Shown one piece after another: positions 41,501 through 53,755 of a stretch of 64,000 nt of DNA. Made by a program: the position numbers and the translations under genes. The stretch is from positions 109,308,001 to 109,372,000 of the forward strand of contig NW_024704742.1 of NCBI RefSeq assembly GCF_018977255.1, in the 5' to 3' direction. Each line of letters opens with the position of its first letter. Positions within the stretch are counted from its first letter, which is position 1. The stretch is from Callorhinchus milii (taxonomy: Eukaryota). The notes beneath the pieces were generated by a model that worked only from the letters and a program-made list of their open reading frames with translations, ran no database searches and was not told the DNA's origin.

Positions 41501-41870
41501 AGGGAGGGGGGTCCAGGTTGTGAGGCAGGGGTGGGGGGAATGGGGATGAGGGAGGAGAGGTTGGCTCCCCGGGTCTGTGTCCGGGGTGGCTGGCGAGTGT
41601 GATGGGGAATGGGGCAGTCGGTGTGGCTGCTGCTGGACAGTTAACGCCGAGTGCCACGGTGAGCCCGGCGGAGGATTCCCAGGCTGGAACAGAGGGAGGT
41701 TGTGGGAGGATCAAGTGGGGATAGAAGGCGAGGGAGATGGAGAGAGAGGAGGACAGAGCGGGAGAGATGCAGAGGGTGAGGGTTTGGGGGGATGGAGGGG
41801 GTGAGGGGGTTCGGGTCAGAGCTGCAGCCATAGTGCGCACACGGGGACCGGGAGCGAGCGGTCAGGTGGG
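38552..41870 (-). mobile_element. Near full-length L2 (LINE2) retrotransposon, disrupted APE-RT ORF
   Basis: APE motifs (ALTETW, GDFNLH, LDLVIT, SDHH) and RT motifs ([31 protein letters not shown]) spread over several frames. 3' end ggg(ac/at)gtcctcccgacgtgaaaggcg followed by (TTG)n. Confidence 0.93.
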
Positions 41871-43299
41871 CGACATTAACCCATAGGCTGGGGCAGCCAA
41901 CCCAACAGGAACATAGTGTTCCCTGGGGGGGGGCGCAGAGGATTTTTTTTTTTTTTGCGTGCGCAAACTCCTAAATGTGAACTATGATGTCAGTGGTTCC
42001 CCCGCTCCACCCCACCACCACCACCCCCTAGCTGAACTCCCTGCCGCCTCAAGCTTTATATTACCTGAAATATAAGCTGCCGGTACAATCTTAAAGGGGG
42101 TGAAGGAACAGAGAGACCTGGGGTTTCATATAAGTAAATCTTTGAAGGTGGCAGGACAGGTAGATAAAGCTGTTAAAAAGTGTACGGGATACTAGGCTTT
42201 ATAACTTGGGGCATAGAATACAAAAGTCAGGAAGTTATGATGAACCTTTATAAAACACTGGTTAGGCCTCAGCTGGAGTACTGTGTTCATTTCTAAGCAC
42301 CACACTTTAGGAAGGATGTCAAGGCATTGGAGAGGGTGCAAAGGAGATTTACCAGGATGGTACCAGGAATGAGGGACTCCAGTTATCAGGAGAAGCTAGA
42401 GAAGCGAGGATTATTCTCCCTGGAGCAGAGAAGGTTACGAGGAGAAAGAATAGAAGTTTTCAAAATTATGAGAGGATTCGATAGGGTAAGGGAAAACTAT
42501 TTCCACTGGTGGGTGGGTGGGTAACTCGAGGGTACTGATTTAAAATAGTTGTTAAAAGAAACAGGGGAGGTGAGGAGACATTTTTTCACACAGCGAGTTG
42601 TTCGGATCTGGAATGCATTGCTTGAAAGGGTGGTGGAAGCCGATTCAATAACAACTTTTAAGAGGGAAGTAGATAATTATTTGGGGAGGACAAGTTTGCA
42701 GGGCTATGGGGAAAGAGCGGGAGAATGGGATTGATTTTGGTGGCTCTTTTTGATGCACCGAATGGCCTCATTCTGTTCTGTATAATTATGTGATTCTATG
42801 ATGATAACAGAAAACTCTAGATATGAATATTTTAAGAGATGTTATTTGTGCAGGACAAGGGAATAGAGGAGTATGGAAGGAGGCTCATGTGGAGTATAAA
42901 CACCAGCACAGATTAGTTGGTTAAATAGCTTGTTTCTAGCCTGTAGCATCTACGTATCGAATTCTAGCTAAAACTCTGTGAACTGGATGAGCTTCAGGCC
43001 CTAGTATGTCTCTGGGGACATTAAAAGGGTCTTGCATGTCAGTGGGATCCCATGTTGGTGGGACTCTGACCCCACCCCTGGCTAGTGAAGAAACACCACC
43101 CGCGCCCCCCCATAGTGAAGTGTTCCAAATGCAAGGATCATTGTTCCATGAGTGCAGCATCCAGACATCCATCCTCCCTGGAAACGTGTTCCATTCATTA
43201 ATTACCTTCTGGGTAATGAAAAAATGTTTTGGGGTTTGCTGAAATTGCTCTTTGCAACTCTTAAACTATGTCCTCTTGTACTGATATACTTTTTTTCAG

Positions 43300-43411
43300 A
43301 CTCACTGATGTTACTTTAAACCTGAAGGACCCGAGCTATCCTACTCAAGCTCTGGGGAGCCTGTTCATGACAGTTATCTTGGTTTCCAGAGAAATTGATC
43401 TGAAAAACACT
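43300..43411 (+). CDS. MCTP1: MCTP1-like coding exon (end of C2A): (R)LTDVTLNLKDPSYPTQALGSLFMTVILVSREIDLKNT
   Basis: tttttttcag acceptor and gtaagt donor; 112 nt, phase 2 to 0. TDVTL.LKDP.YP motif. Confidence 0.92.
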
Positions 43412-44196
43412 GTAAGTTTATCCATTGATTCTTTGAAGGTGGCATTACAGAACAGAGGATTTCCTGGATGTAGAGTTGGGGCATTTGTCAATGGATTTTT
43501 TATTTTCACTTGATTTCAATTTTTCACCAAGTTTCTCCTATTTTATTTTCAGTGTTAACTTCAAGTGTTAACTGTTTATTGTATTGGGGTACTGTTCCAG
43601 AGGCACCATTTGAACTCCTGTTCCTCACCTCAAATGACAATTTTTCATGTATGAGCCTTAAATGTGAGTGTCAGCAGGCGTTTCGACTATGAGGGTCATG
43701 ACTGCTGACGCCAATCTGCCTCACCCATACAAACATGGTTCCATGGGGGTTGTGGTATAGTTATCAGAGCTGGAATCCTGAGTGATTTTCCCTTCCCCAA
43801 CACAGGAGTTCTAATTATAGCGCCTATTCCACAGTCCACTGTAGATATCAGCTAATTCAGCCCAAGGTGATGTTGTCACTTAGTACTGCTCTGCTGTGCC
43901 TTGACCCCACTTTCAGGAATCTGAATAAAGTGTTATTTATAAATAACGTTTCACTGAGAAGAATTCTAACTGTACCAAATGCGAATAATCTTATTTTCTG
44001 GATTAATTGTGACCGTAGCAATTTTTGTGGAACTGTTCTGGTAAAATGAAATGGATTCAGTTGTATACAGTACAAATCATCCACGAGCATCCTCCATCTT
44101 TCCCAGCGGCACATCTGGAAAATCAAGAGTCAAGATAACTTGTAAGGGTCTTCAGGAAAAGTAGTAAAATTGTGAATCTTTGAAAATAGGAAGGAA

Positions 44197-44452
44197 ATTC
44201 CAGGCAGGGCGAAACCTTGGGCAAGTTTCCTTACTCCACGCCTAATAATAATCCCTCCAAAACAAAAATCAATAATAAATCGTTCAGTTTCAATCTACGA
44301 TTGTTTGTGGGACATTGCTGTGCGCAATTGGCTGTCGCGTTCGCCCACAAATATACAGTCAATTCACTTTACAGTATATTCTGTGAAGCGCTTTGGGATG
44401 TCTAGAAGACGTGAAAAGCGCGATATCAAATGCAAGGATTATTATTATTATT
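44197..44452 (+). mobile_element. 5'-truncated tRNA-SINE, short subfamily
   Basis: Same body; tail ttgggatgtctagaagacgtgaaaagcg. Confidence 0.88.
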
Positions 44453-45365
44453 ATATCTTAAGTCTGTGACCACGGGTCACAGACACACCTACCAGCGGAA
44501 ACAGCTTTTGCCTATCTAGCCTGTCAAAATCTTTCATGATCTTGAAGACCTCTATCAGGTCCCCGTGTAACCTTCTCTGCTCTAATGGGAAAAGTCCTAA
44601 CTTCTCCAGCCTGTCCTCATAGCTAAGGTTCCCCATTCCTGGTATCATTCTCGTGAATCTCCTCTGCACCCTTCCCAGTGTCTTAATGTCCTTCCTGAGG
44701 TAAGGTGCCCAGAACTGGACGCAGTACTCCAGCTGAGGCCTAACCAGTGTTTTGATTAGATTAACCATAACCTTCCTACTCTTATACTGTATGCCCCTAC
44801 TAATAAAGCTCAGTACACCAGGAAGACAGGTTTGCAGGGTTATGGGGAGAAAGCTGGTGAGTGGGGTTAATAAAAGTCAGTTGCTCTGTCAAAGAGCCGG
44901 CACAAACTCGATGGGCCGAATGGCCTCCTCCTGTGCCGTAACATTCTATGATTCTATGAAATGCCTTTTTTACTGCCTTATCTACCTGCCCCGCTACCTT
45001 TGATGATTTGCTTACTTGAACACCCAGATCTCTCTGTACGTTCACCCCCCCTTAAGATTGAGCTACCAAGTCTATATTGCCTCCTATCATTTTCCTACCT
45101 AAGTGTATCACCTCACACTTATCCACATTGAAATCCATCTGCCACATGTCAGCCCATTCCACCATTCTGTGTATGTCTGCTTGCAGTTGGTTACAGTCCT
45201 CCTCACTATTTACTACCCTACCTATCTTTGTATCATCTGCAAACTTGGAAATAGTGCTCTCTATGCCCAAGTCCAGATCATTAATATACATTAGAAAGAG
45301 CAGTGGTCCCAATACCGATCCCTGGGAGACACCGCTGCACACCTCCTTCCATTTCGAGAAACATC
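44451..45365 (-). mobile_element. CR1 RT fragment interrupted by a + strand CR1 3' tail (about 44820-44960)
   Basis: GVSQGSVLGP, KFADDTK and LVRPQLEYCVQFW. The inserted piece ends gatgggccgaatggcctcct...attctatgattctatga. Confidence 0.88.
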
Positions 45366-45376
45366 CATATACATCA

Positions 45377-45678
45377 TGACAGGCTGTTTCAACTTGTCCA
45401 GAATAGTAAAACCAGAGGACACAGCCTGGGATTGAAGGGGGGAAAATTCAGAACAAATCTACGCAAACACTATTTCAATGAGCGAATAGTGAACCTGTGG
45501 AACAGGAAGTGTTGATTCTTTCAAACACAAATTAGATAGTTTTCTTTTAGGAAATAACATTATGGGATATAGTACGTGGGTAGTATGGGACATCTGTGCA
45601 TGCGACCGCTAGGAAGGTGGAAAGCAAACTAGATGGACCTTGGGCTTTTTTCATCCAACATTTCTTATGTTCTTATGC
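45377..45678 (+). mobile_element. CR1 3' fragment of a different family
   Basis: KTRGHS..L...F...RKHYFNERIVNLWN; (ttcttatg)2 tail. Confidence 0.75.
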
Positions 45679-47629
45679 TTGGAAACCTTTCCGATTTTGA
45701 TGTCTTTGTTTTATTGCTCATTTTCTTAGTAGAGATGTCACGAAGCTGGTAACCCAGCTGATAATGTTCTCATTTATTGTAGCAGAACTAGGAGTCAATG
45801 ATCCAGTGTTTGTGCTGTACAAAACGCAATGGTATTTGTTTCAGTTGCCAAGCTTAGTTTGATTAATAAATATGCCCCTTAGGACATCATCTCCTACATG
45901 TAACAACAACAATTTCTATAGCACCTTTCAAATAGGGAGGACTTTTCAAAGTGCTTCACACAGCTGCTTCTGTGTTACTAAGCCTAATAAACCTATGGAG
46001 AGACAGGGAGTTGAAGAGGGTGGGGGAAAGTTGACCAAAAGCACAATCAAGAGCTCAGTCTTAAGGTGCACTTCACAGTTGGGAGGAAAGTGCGAGGTGG
46101 AGGAATTTCGGGATAGAATTTCAGAGAGGAAAGAATAGCTGAAAGCTCGTCCATTGAAGGTAGAGCAGATCAGGCAAGGTACAAATGCACATAGACGCCG
46201 CCTTTCTCATAGGATCTAGAAGTATTCCCTGCTTGGACGCATGCTACAGCACTGATATATCTTGCAGGTTTTTGAAGGCCAAAATGTTTCTATCATGTAA
46301 CATAAATCCAATAACTGCAGATAATCACCAGCTAAAAGAGAAAGAAGTTTAACAGTCCAGTTGTGACTTTTTCAGCTCATCAGTTCTAATGAAGGATTAT
46401 TAACTTATCTTTCGCTTTCACATGCTGTGCATTGCCAGAATGTTCCAATTTTATTTATGTTTCTAGCACTTATACTTTTTCTTCTAATCTCTGTCATCTA
46501 CACTATGTCTATTTTTAATCAAATTGGTATTAATAAAAGTATTTCTTTACTCTCTAACCTACCTTCTCTGTTCTACCTGTGCTATTATTGTGCTTATTTG
46601 TTATTTGTTTTTTTGCAATGGTGCATGCTGGATTTGCATATGACCCTCTCCCCAACAGACATCAATGACCACAAGTCATCAATGGAAGTCTTACAAGGCC
46701 ACAGTGAGTGGGTCTGCCCTCCATATTTTCCTAAATCCCATGTAAAGGCTGGTTGCATGACTGCGTGCTTAAATAATGTTCATGAGCTTCTTAATAGCTT
46801 TAGCAATAGTGCAGAAGTGATACCACTTGTAGCTCTTCTATAAACTGTAGATACAAGTAGCATTTCTCCCACAAAATGATAATAATAATAGTCCTTGCAT
46901 ATAACCTTTGATATAGCGGTACTGTATATTTTGTGGCCAAAACACGACAGCCAATTGCGCACAATCGTAAAATTTCATTTAAAATGTACACTCAATTCAC
47001 TTTACAGTATATTCTGTGAAGCGCTTTGAGACATCTCGATGATGTGATAAGGCGCTATATCAAATGCAAGTATTATTATATTATATTATTTAAGCTGCAA
47101 CACATGCTTAAAAAATGATGCCCCTAAATTAAGATGGTTTCTTTTTGGCTATCAGTAATATCTTTATTATGCAAACAAGTTGAGGAAATTATGAAATTTT
47201 TCTTTATGAATGGGCAAACTACAGCAGTTCCAGATGCCTTACTGTAGCCATGCTTCAATTCAATTAATCTCCTGTCAAGTAAAATGACCAAACATTAGAC
47301 TGTAAAATATATACAGATAATTGTATTTATTTTGAAAATTACATAAATGTATTTATTATTATTCCATTTATTTAATTATTCATTATTATTTTACTGTATT
47401 AATGGGATTCCATAATTTCTTAATGGGCTTCCTTTAATAAGGAATAATAATCCTTGCATTTGGTATAGCATCTTATCACGTCTTTGAGACGTCTCAAAGC
47501 GCTTCACAGAATATACTGTAAAGTGAATTGATTGTGTATTTTGTGGGAGAAACGCGGCAGCCAATTGCATACAGCAGTGGATTGAGTGACAAAATTATTA
47601 TTATTTTTAAAGGGAATTGGAATCTCATG

Positions 47630-47958
47630 GTCTAAGCTGACCCTCCAATGCAGTGCTGGAGGTATATTGCACTGTCGGAGGTGCTGTCCTTAGATGAGAT
47701 ATTAGACCGAGGTCCTGTCTACCTATTTAGGTGGATGTTAAAGATCCCATGGCACTATTCGAAAAGAGAAGGAAGTTTCTCCTGGTATCCTGGCCAATAA
47801 TCCACCAAATAAAATTGATTACTCACTCCATGGCTGTTTGTGGGACATTGCTGCGTGGAAACTAGCTGCTGCGATTCAACCACAAAATATACAGTCAAAC
47901 CATTTTACATTATATCCTGTGAAGCACTTTGAGACGTCTCGATGACGTGATAAGGCGG
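47630..47958 (+). mobile_element. Older Deu-domain-type SINE (SacSINE1/AmnSINE-like)
   Basis: gcactgtcggaggtgctgtc...gatgagatatta...aggtggatgttaaagatcccatggcactattcgaa. Related copies at about 3560-3810, 14630-15055, 16250-16570(-), 21490-21815, 51830-52195 and 54885-55280(-). Family name is from memory. Confidence 0.7.
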
Positions 47959-48277
47959 GGGGACATGAATTATATATATTATATATAAGTATATTCTGTG
48001 AAGCGCGTTGAGATGTCTAGAAGACATAAAAAGCGCTATATCAAATTCAAGGATTATTATTATTGATTCAATGCAGAAACCCACAACAAAATTAGCATTA
48101 AATGTCTAGAATTAAAAAAAGTTAGGTTTACTCATTTTACTTTGTATTTCCACCAGGCATCACAAGATATACTGTGAACAGCTACTTTTTTTTTTTTAGT
48201 TCCTGTATTAGCCATAATAATATTTTATTATTAGCATTGCTGCTGAGTGGTGCTTAAATGTTTTTGCCTTTCCATAG

Positions 48278-48316
48278 AGCATGCTTCCGAACATATCTTG
48301 GCAAACATCATGTAAG
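48278..48316 (+). CDS. MCTP1: MCTP1-like 39-nt micro-exon: SMLPNISWQTSCK
   Basis: ttttgcctttccatag acceptor and AAG/gtaatg donor; symmetric phase 0. Aligns by position with the 13-aa MCTP1 linker recalled as TMLMRKSWKRSSK. Confidence 0.8.
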
Positions 48317-48367
48317 GTAATGGATAGCAGGATAACTGTTTGCAAAAAGCTTTTAACAGACTACCAG

Positions 48368-49238
48368 TTGGACATCAAGTCCTGGATTAGGGCAGTTGAA
48401 TGTGAACAAGACTGAGGTCCTTCTGATTGGCTCGCGTCAGCACCTCAGGCTCTGGCAGCATCAATTTTCATGGTTGCACACTACAACTCACCAAGCCAGT
48501 CAGGAACCTCGGTGTCTTGTTCGACCCTCAACTGTCTTTTCTCCTCCACATTCAATCCATGACCCCCTCTGCCTTCGCTCACCTCTGTAACATTGCCCGA
48601 CTCCGCCACTACCTCACCCCTCAGGCCGCTGAAACTTTTGTTCATGCCTTCATCACCTCCAGGCTCGACTATGCAAACGCCCTGCTTGTCGGCCTTCCCA
48701 ACTCCTCCCTCCACAGGCTGCAGATAATCCAGAACTCTGCAGGCATGTCCTCTCCTGCACCAAACTCCGTGACCCCCATCTCCCCTATTCTCACCCGACT
48801 CCATTGGCTCCCTATCCTTCAGAGGATCCAGTTCAAGATCCTGGTCCTCACATACAAAGCCCTCCATGGCCTCGCCCCACCCTACCTCTGTGACCTCCTA
48901 ACCCCCAACCAACTCGCTGTTCCCTCTGCTCAGTCGGCTCCAGCCTGCTCCACGTCCCCCAACCCACCCGCCCCACCATTGGCAGGAGAGCCTTCAGCCA
49001 CTCTGCCTCCAACCTCTGGAATTCCATCCCCCAATCACTCCGCCTCGCCCCCTCCTTAGCCTCCTTCTCCCACCTCAAGACCCTCCTCTTCAACCATGCC
49101 ATCGGCCACCCCTCTTCCCCTCCCCTCCCTTCCCTCCCCTGACCCCAGCTCGGGTCTGAAATGCTGCACTCTGTCCAGCGTCTTGGGACATCCTCCCTAC
49201 GTGAAAGGGCTATACAAATGTAATCTTGTTGTTGTTGA
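48368..49238 (+). mobile_element. L2 3' fragment starting about 50 bp after the micro-exon
   Basis: ORF 48427-49059 is the L2 C-terminus; tail present. Confidence 0.9.
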
Positions 49239-50098
49239 TTTAAAACTCGAATGATCTGCATGTCAAAAGAACATCAAAGTTGGCTTGTAATTGCACTCTG
49301 CGCACCTTTCTGCTTTAAAGCTGCAATGCATTTATAACCTTTATTTTCCCCCCTATTCATTTGGGAGTGATCACAATCCTGTTGGCTTTTATGTATGGAT
49401 TAGATTGAGAGTTTATAATTGCAACACAAGTTCGCATCATTTTCTCCTTTGTTCCTGGTGACAATGTTAATAACTCCCAGCTCAAGTGAGGTGGTTCCAG
49501 CAGATGTTGCTGACATTGCTACCACCATACAACTTGAATGTTAAAGTTAGAGACCAAGTAACAGATTTTCATCTGGTTGTTTGCAGACCAGAACAGACCG
49601 GGCTGTTAATCTCCTCTACCGACTCAGAAACCCTGGTCTCAGTCAACGCTAGTGACCTCACTAAGCTTTACTACATGCTAAATATACTTGATCATTTTCT
49701 TTATCTGGGAAATCCTATTGTAAATGCTTTCTAAAAAATTACTCTTTTCAGCAAACAATGCACGATAGACCCACAGTGGGTTGCATGCATTCATTGGCAG
49801 GAGTTGAGAATAAATACATGTCACAGGTTTTGCACTGCGTTTGTCGAGTTTAGTCTTCAAGTTGGTAAACAACAACAACCCCAATTGTCGGCCCGATCCC
49901 AACCAAAAACATGTCTTCTTTGAGCAAATTTACCCTTGTTAAGTACTTTGAGATGTCCTCCCAAAGGCATCATATAAATACAAATTATATTGTCATTTTT
50001 AAGCCTGACTGATGGCATTCTGTTTGCTAACTGATCTATTAAGATCTGCTTATAAGAGATATTTTGCTTCTGTTTCATTTTCCTCATGGTGCTCTCAG

Positions 50099-50263
50099 GC
50101 TGAGAATATCCGCTTACTGCAGGCGTACAAAAAGGACCAGCTCTGGAAGGGAATTGTTGGGATCACTCTCGTGAAGGGACAGAACCTCAAGTCTATGGAT
50201 CCAAATGGACTCAGTGATCCTTATGTAAAATTCAAACTGGGATGTCAGAAATACAAGAGTAAG
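50099..50263 (+). CDS. MCTP1: MCTP1-like coding exon (start of C2B): AENIRLLQAYKKDQLWKGIVGITLVKGQNLKSMDPNGLSDPYVKFKLGCQKYKSK
   Basis: ctctcag acceptor and gtgaga donor; 165 nt. LW.GIV.ITL and NGLSDPYVKF motifs. Confidence 0.93.
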
Positions 50264-51637
50264 GTGAGATTTTTTTTAAAAACAGCACTTGTCACTAAAG
50301 AAGCAGAATTATCAACAAGACTGCCGAGTCATAGAAATTAGAGCATAAAACTTGAAAAGATGCTAGCTCCTCTACTGGAGCTGCAAAAACACAATCTCTG
50401 TTCTATCCCTTTCACTTTGTTACCCTTCACATATTGATCCAATTCTCTTAATGGGGAGAAATTCCACCTGGGCATAGATTTATTCTATTTAGCATCTCAG
50501 AACATGCAGAATTTGGCAAATACATAAATACAGCCTTAATTTAGAACCCATTTTACAATAAGTTCTTTTAAAAGCTTTGGAAAACTGGCTTCAAAATTAA
50601 CACTGAATTCAGCAATTTGCCAAGTTCTGCACCCTCTGAAATGTTTCATAAATATAGTAAAGGAATGCTTTGACACAAGCCACAATGCTTTGCCTCGCAA
50701 GCAAGATGAACCGGGTTCGATTCCCAGGCAGGGCGAAACCTTAGGCAAGTTTCCTTACTCCACATATGCGCTGCTGTTTACCTAGCAGTAAGTAGGGACC
50801 CACTTGGGAGTCCATTGGGGGATTGTTTTCCGGGGGTAATAATCGTTCCCAAAACAAAATGTGGTCACTCAATCCACGACTGTTTGTGGGACACTGCTGT
50901 GCGCAATTAGCTACCACATTTTGCCCGCAAAACACTGTTCTGTGAAGCATTTTGAGACATCTCAACAACGTGATAAGATGCAGTATCAAATACAAGGATT
51001 ATTATTATTATAAATCTGAACCCAAGTGAAATTTTTACCTACAATAACGTTATAACTTTAGCTTTAATAATCACTTGTGTCAAAGCATTCCTTGTTCTAA
51101 TAACAATTTGCATGAAAAAATATTCTCTTAACCTAGTGATTGTTACTGTTCTTACGTTAATTGCAACATCTGGTTTGTGGAAAGGTGGCAAAATTGTGGC
51201 TGGCAATATTGTCAATTTGTTTAAAATCTCAAATTGGTATAAACTGGCAAACAAGACATCAGCAGGTAAGAAGCTGGGTGCTTTGGATTTTGGTGATGGG
51301 ATAAGCAATTTACTTGCCACAGATTTTGTCATGAGTTTCACCGATAAGTTTCACCAAGTTACAAATCCAGTTTGTGAATACCATAGATCAAACACCCATT
51401 TCCCCAGTTGATGAATTTTCTGTTTTATAAAATCTGCCTAGTACCTACTAAGTCAATGCATCAATTAACAAGTGTAACCAGAGCACATAACCACAAAATC
51501 ACTAAAGCCAGAATGGAGCTTATCTTTGTCATAATAATAAAAATAATTGCTGTATTTGATATAGCAACTTATCACATTGTTGAAATCTCTCAAAATGCTT
51601 CAAAATATTTACTATAAAGTGTTGTAACTGTTCTCTT

Positions 51638-51810
51638 TGACTGTGCCTTCAGCTCCCCTCTCGACTCTCTACCCCCTCCTCACTCCTTCCCTTCCCTCCC
51701 CTCACCCTGACCATTTCCCCCCTGCTCGGGTCCTGACCCAACTGTACAGCGCCTTGGGACGTCCTCCCGACGTGAAAGGCGCTCAATAAATGGAATCTTG
51801 TTGTTGTTGT
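51638..51810 (+). mobile_element. Young L2 3' UTR fragment
   Basis: Near identical to 11485-11660. Confidence 0.9.
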
Positions 51811-52799
51811 AATTGTAGGTATGTAGGTGTCAACTGGCTGAGTTGATAGCACTCTCGTCTTGGAGTAAGAGATTGTGGGTTCAAATCCCACATCGGAATT
51901 GTGAGCTCATGGTCTGGCACTCTAATAGGAAAGCACAATGTCCGAGGGGCCATCCTTCAGATAATAACACATTAACCTAAGATCCTACCTGCCTGTTCAG
52001 GTGAACATTAAATACTGTTCAGAAAGAGAAGGGAGTTTCTCCTGGTGACCTGGCAAACTTTCCCCCACAAAGAAAAAAATACTCATTAATGACATGGTAG
52101 TTTGTGGAATATCACTGCATACAAATTGGCCGCCTAAATTGCAGCAATCACTTCACAGATGTGCCTTAAGATGTGATAAGGCGCTACATCAATACTATAT
52201 CAATGTTCTCTATACTATAGACGATCTTCCCAGGACAATCGTTCTCCTCAGTTAGGGAAACTGAATCTGGCTACTGCCTAAGACCCAGGGACGGTGTCAT
52301 TACTTTGGGTTGAAAACATTTGATTCCTGCCCACTGAGAACCACTTAAATAAATTAATGCCGTTCCCCTACTCAGCAGGAAATAGTCACTTTGGGCCCTA
52401 ACAAACTCCTGCAGGTAGTAAGACTTTGTGGCTGCTCACAGGACTTTTTAAAGTGAATCAACAAGAGACAAGAGTATTAAAAGTGAGTGAGCAAATTGTT
52501 CATTCAGGTGACAGCAGTTGGTCAGAGCATATGATTCACTCTTAACTTGGTATTTCTCTTCCCAATTATTTCACTGCTAATAGGAAAGTAATATGCTTCC
52601 AGCACTCACTTACCTAGAACACCTATGATTAGTATTAATGGCCATCCACCCTGACTATAATGACCTCCTCAACATATCAAAATTATGCTGCCTGGAAATT
52701 GCACGTTGCAGTTTGAAACAAAGGTCACAGTGGCTTTGTAAGCAAGTCATTGTTTATTTCGTCACCCTGCTGCATAGAAAATGTATTTAGGTGTTATCG

Positions 52800-53155
52800 T
52801 GAAGGGATTTGACTGAGTAAATAGGGGGAAGCTATTTCCACTGATGAGGAGAGTCAGTAAATAGAAGACATAGATATAAGATAATCACAAGAAGACTGAA
52901 AGGAGAGTGTTGGAGATTTTTTTCCACACAGAGTTGTTGAGACATGGAATGCCCTGCCAAGTAAGATGGTAGAGCCAGAATCCATTTCATTGTAGGTTTC
53001 AAGAGGGAAGTAGACAGGTATATGAAAGATAAAGGTTTTAAGAGTTGTGGAGATAGGGCAGAACAGTGGGATTCAATGGACAGCTTGGTCTGAGAGTCGG
53101 TGCAGACTCGATGGCTGAATAGCCTCCTTGTACGCTATAAATATCCAGGATGCTA
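52800..53155 (+). mobile_element. Degenerate CR1 3' fragment
   Basis: FFTQRVV..WNALP-like sequence followed by a gatggctgaatagcctcct tail. Confidence 0.7.
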
Positions 53156-53350
53156 TAAATATGGAATTCAAAATGTTGACCGAAATTTGCATTTAGATTA
53201 TTATAAACAGTTGCATAACAACCACAACAACAAGATTACATTTGTATAGCGCCTTTCACGTCGGGAAGACATCGCAAGGTGCTGAACATGTTGGAGCTTA
53301 GCTTCTTTAAGATCTCTACTAAAGTGAAGTTGTGTTGATTTTTTTTTCAG

Positions 53351-53481
53351 ACTGTATTAAAATCTCTGAATCCTGAGTGGCGGGAACACTTTGATTTCTT
53401 ACTGGGTGATGAAAAGGAAGAGATTGTAGAAATCACTGTGTGGGACAAGGATTCCAGGAAGAAAGACGACTTCATCGGGAG
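53351..53481 (+). CDS. MCTP1: MCTP1-like coding exon (C2B): TVLKSLNPEWREHFDFLLGDEKEEIVEITVWDKDSRKKDDFIG(R)
   Basis: T-tract+cag acceptor and gtttgt donor; 131 nt. LNP.WRE.FDF and WDKD...DDFIG motifs. Confidence 0.95.
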
Positions 53482-53500
53482 GTTTGTAATTCACTATGAG

Positions 53501-53755
53501 TAGGGTTGCCAGTTTTTGATTTTTTAAAACATTTCGACAGATAATATTGGCGATTTTATTTGATATTTAGCAATCTTTTTGACTACAAGAATGGCCAATT
53601 TGCATGTTGTGAAGTCGCCACAAAGGTCACTCTGTTGCTTCGCTTTATGCACTGTGCGCAGTCTGTGCTACTAGAGTCACTTTGACAAAGTAACATTGGA
53701 GCATGAGAGGTGCTGCATGCACAGAGCAAAGCAAGTGACGTCCACGTCAACCTTA
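53501..53755. mobile_element. Putative hAT-type MITE
   Basis: Left end TAGGGTTGCCA, right end cgtcaacctta (degenerate inverse). A partial inverted relative lies at 22945-23045. Confidence 0.5.

Larger units (their letters stand above)
37219..42800 (+). mobile_element. CR1 LINE split into three pieces (37219-37472, 38489-38550, about 42080-42800) by two L2 insertions
   Basis: YMDFQKAFDKVPH...WQMKF | NVEKCEVMHFG | EQRDLG...LVRPQLEYC...LFSLEQRRLRG, ending in a gattctatga tail. Confidence 0.9.

Noticed and set aside
41910..42080. GC-rich segment with G and T runs between the L2 5' end and CR1, possibly a DNA transposon end or L2 5' UTR
   Set aside because: No matching second terminus or second copy in the window, so it cannot be classified.
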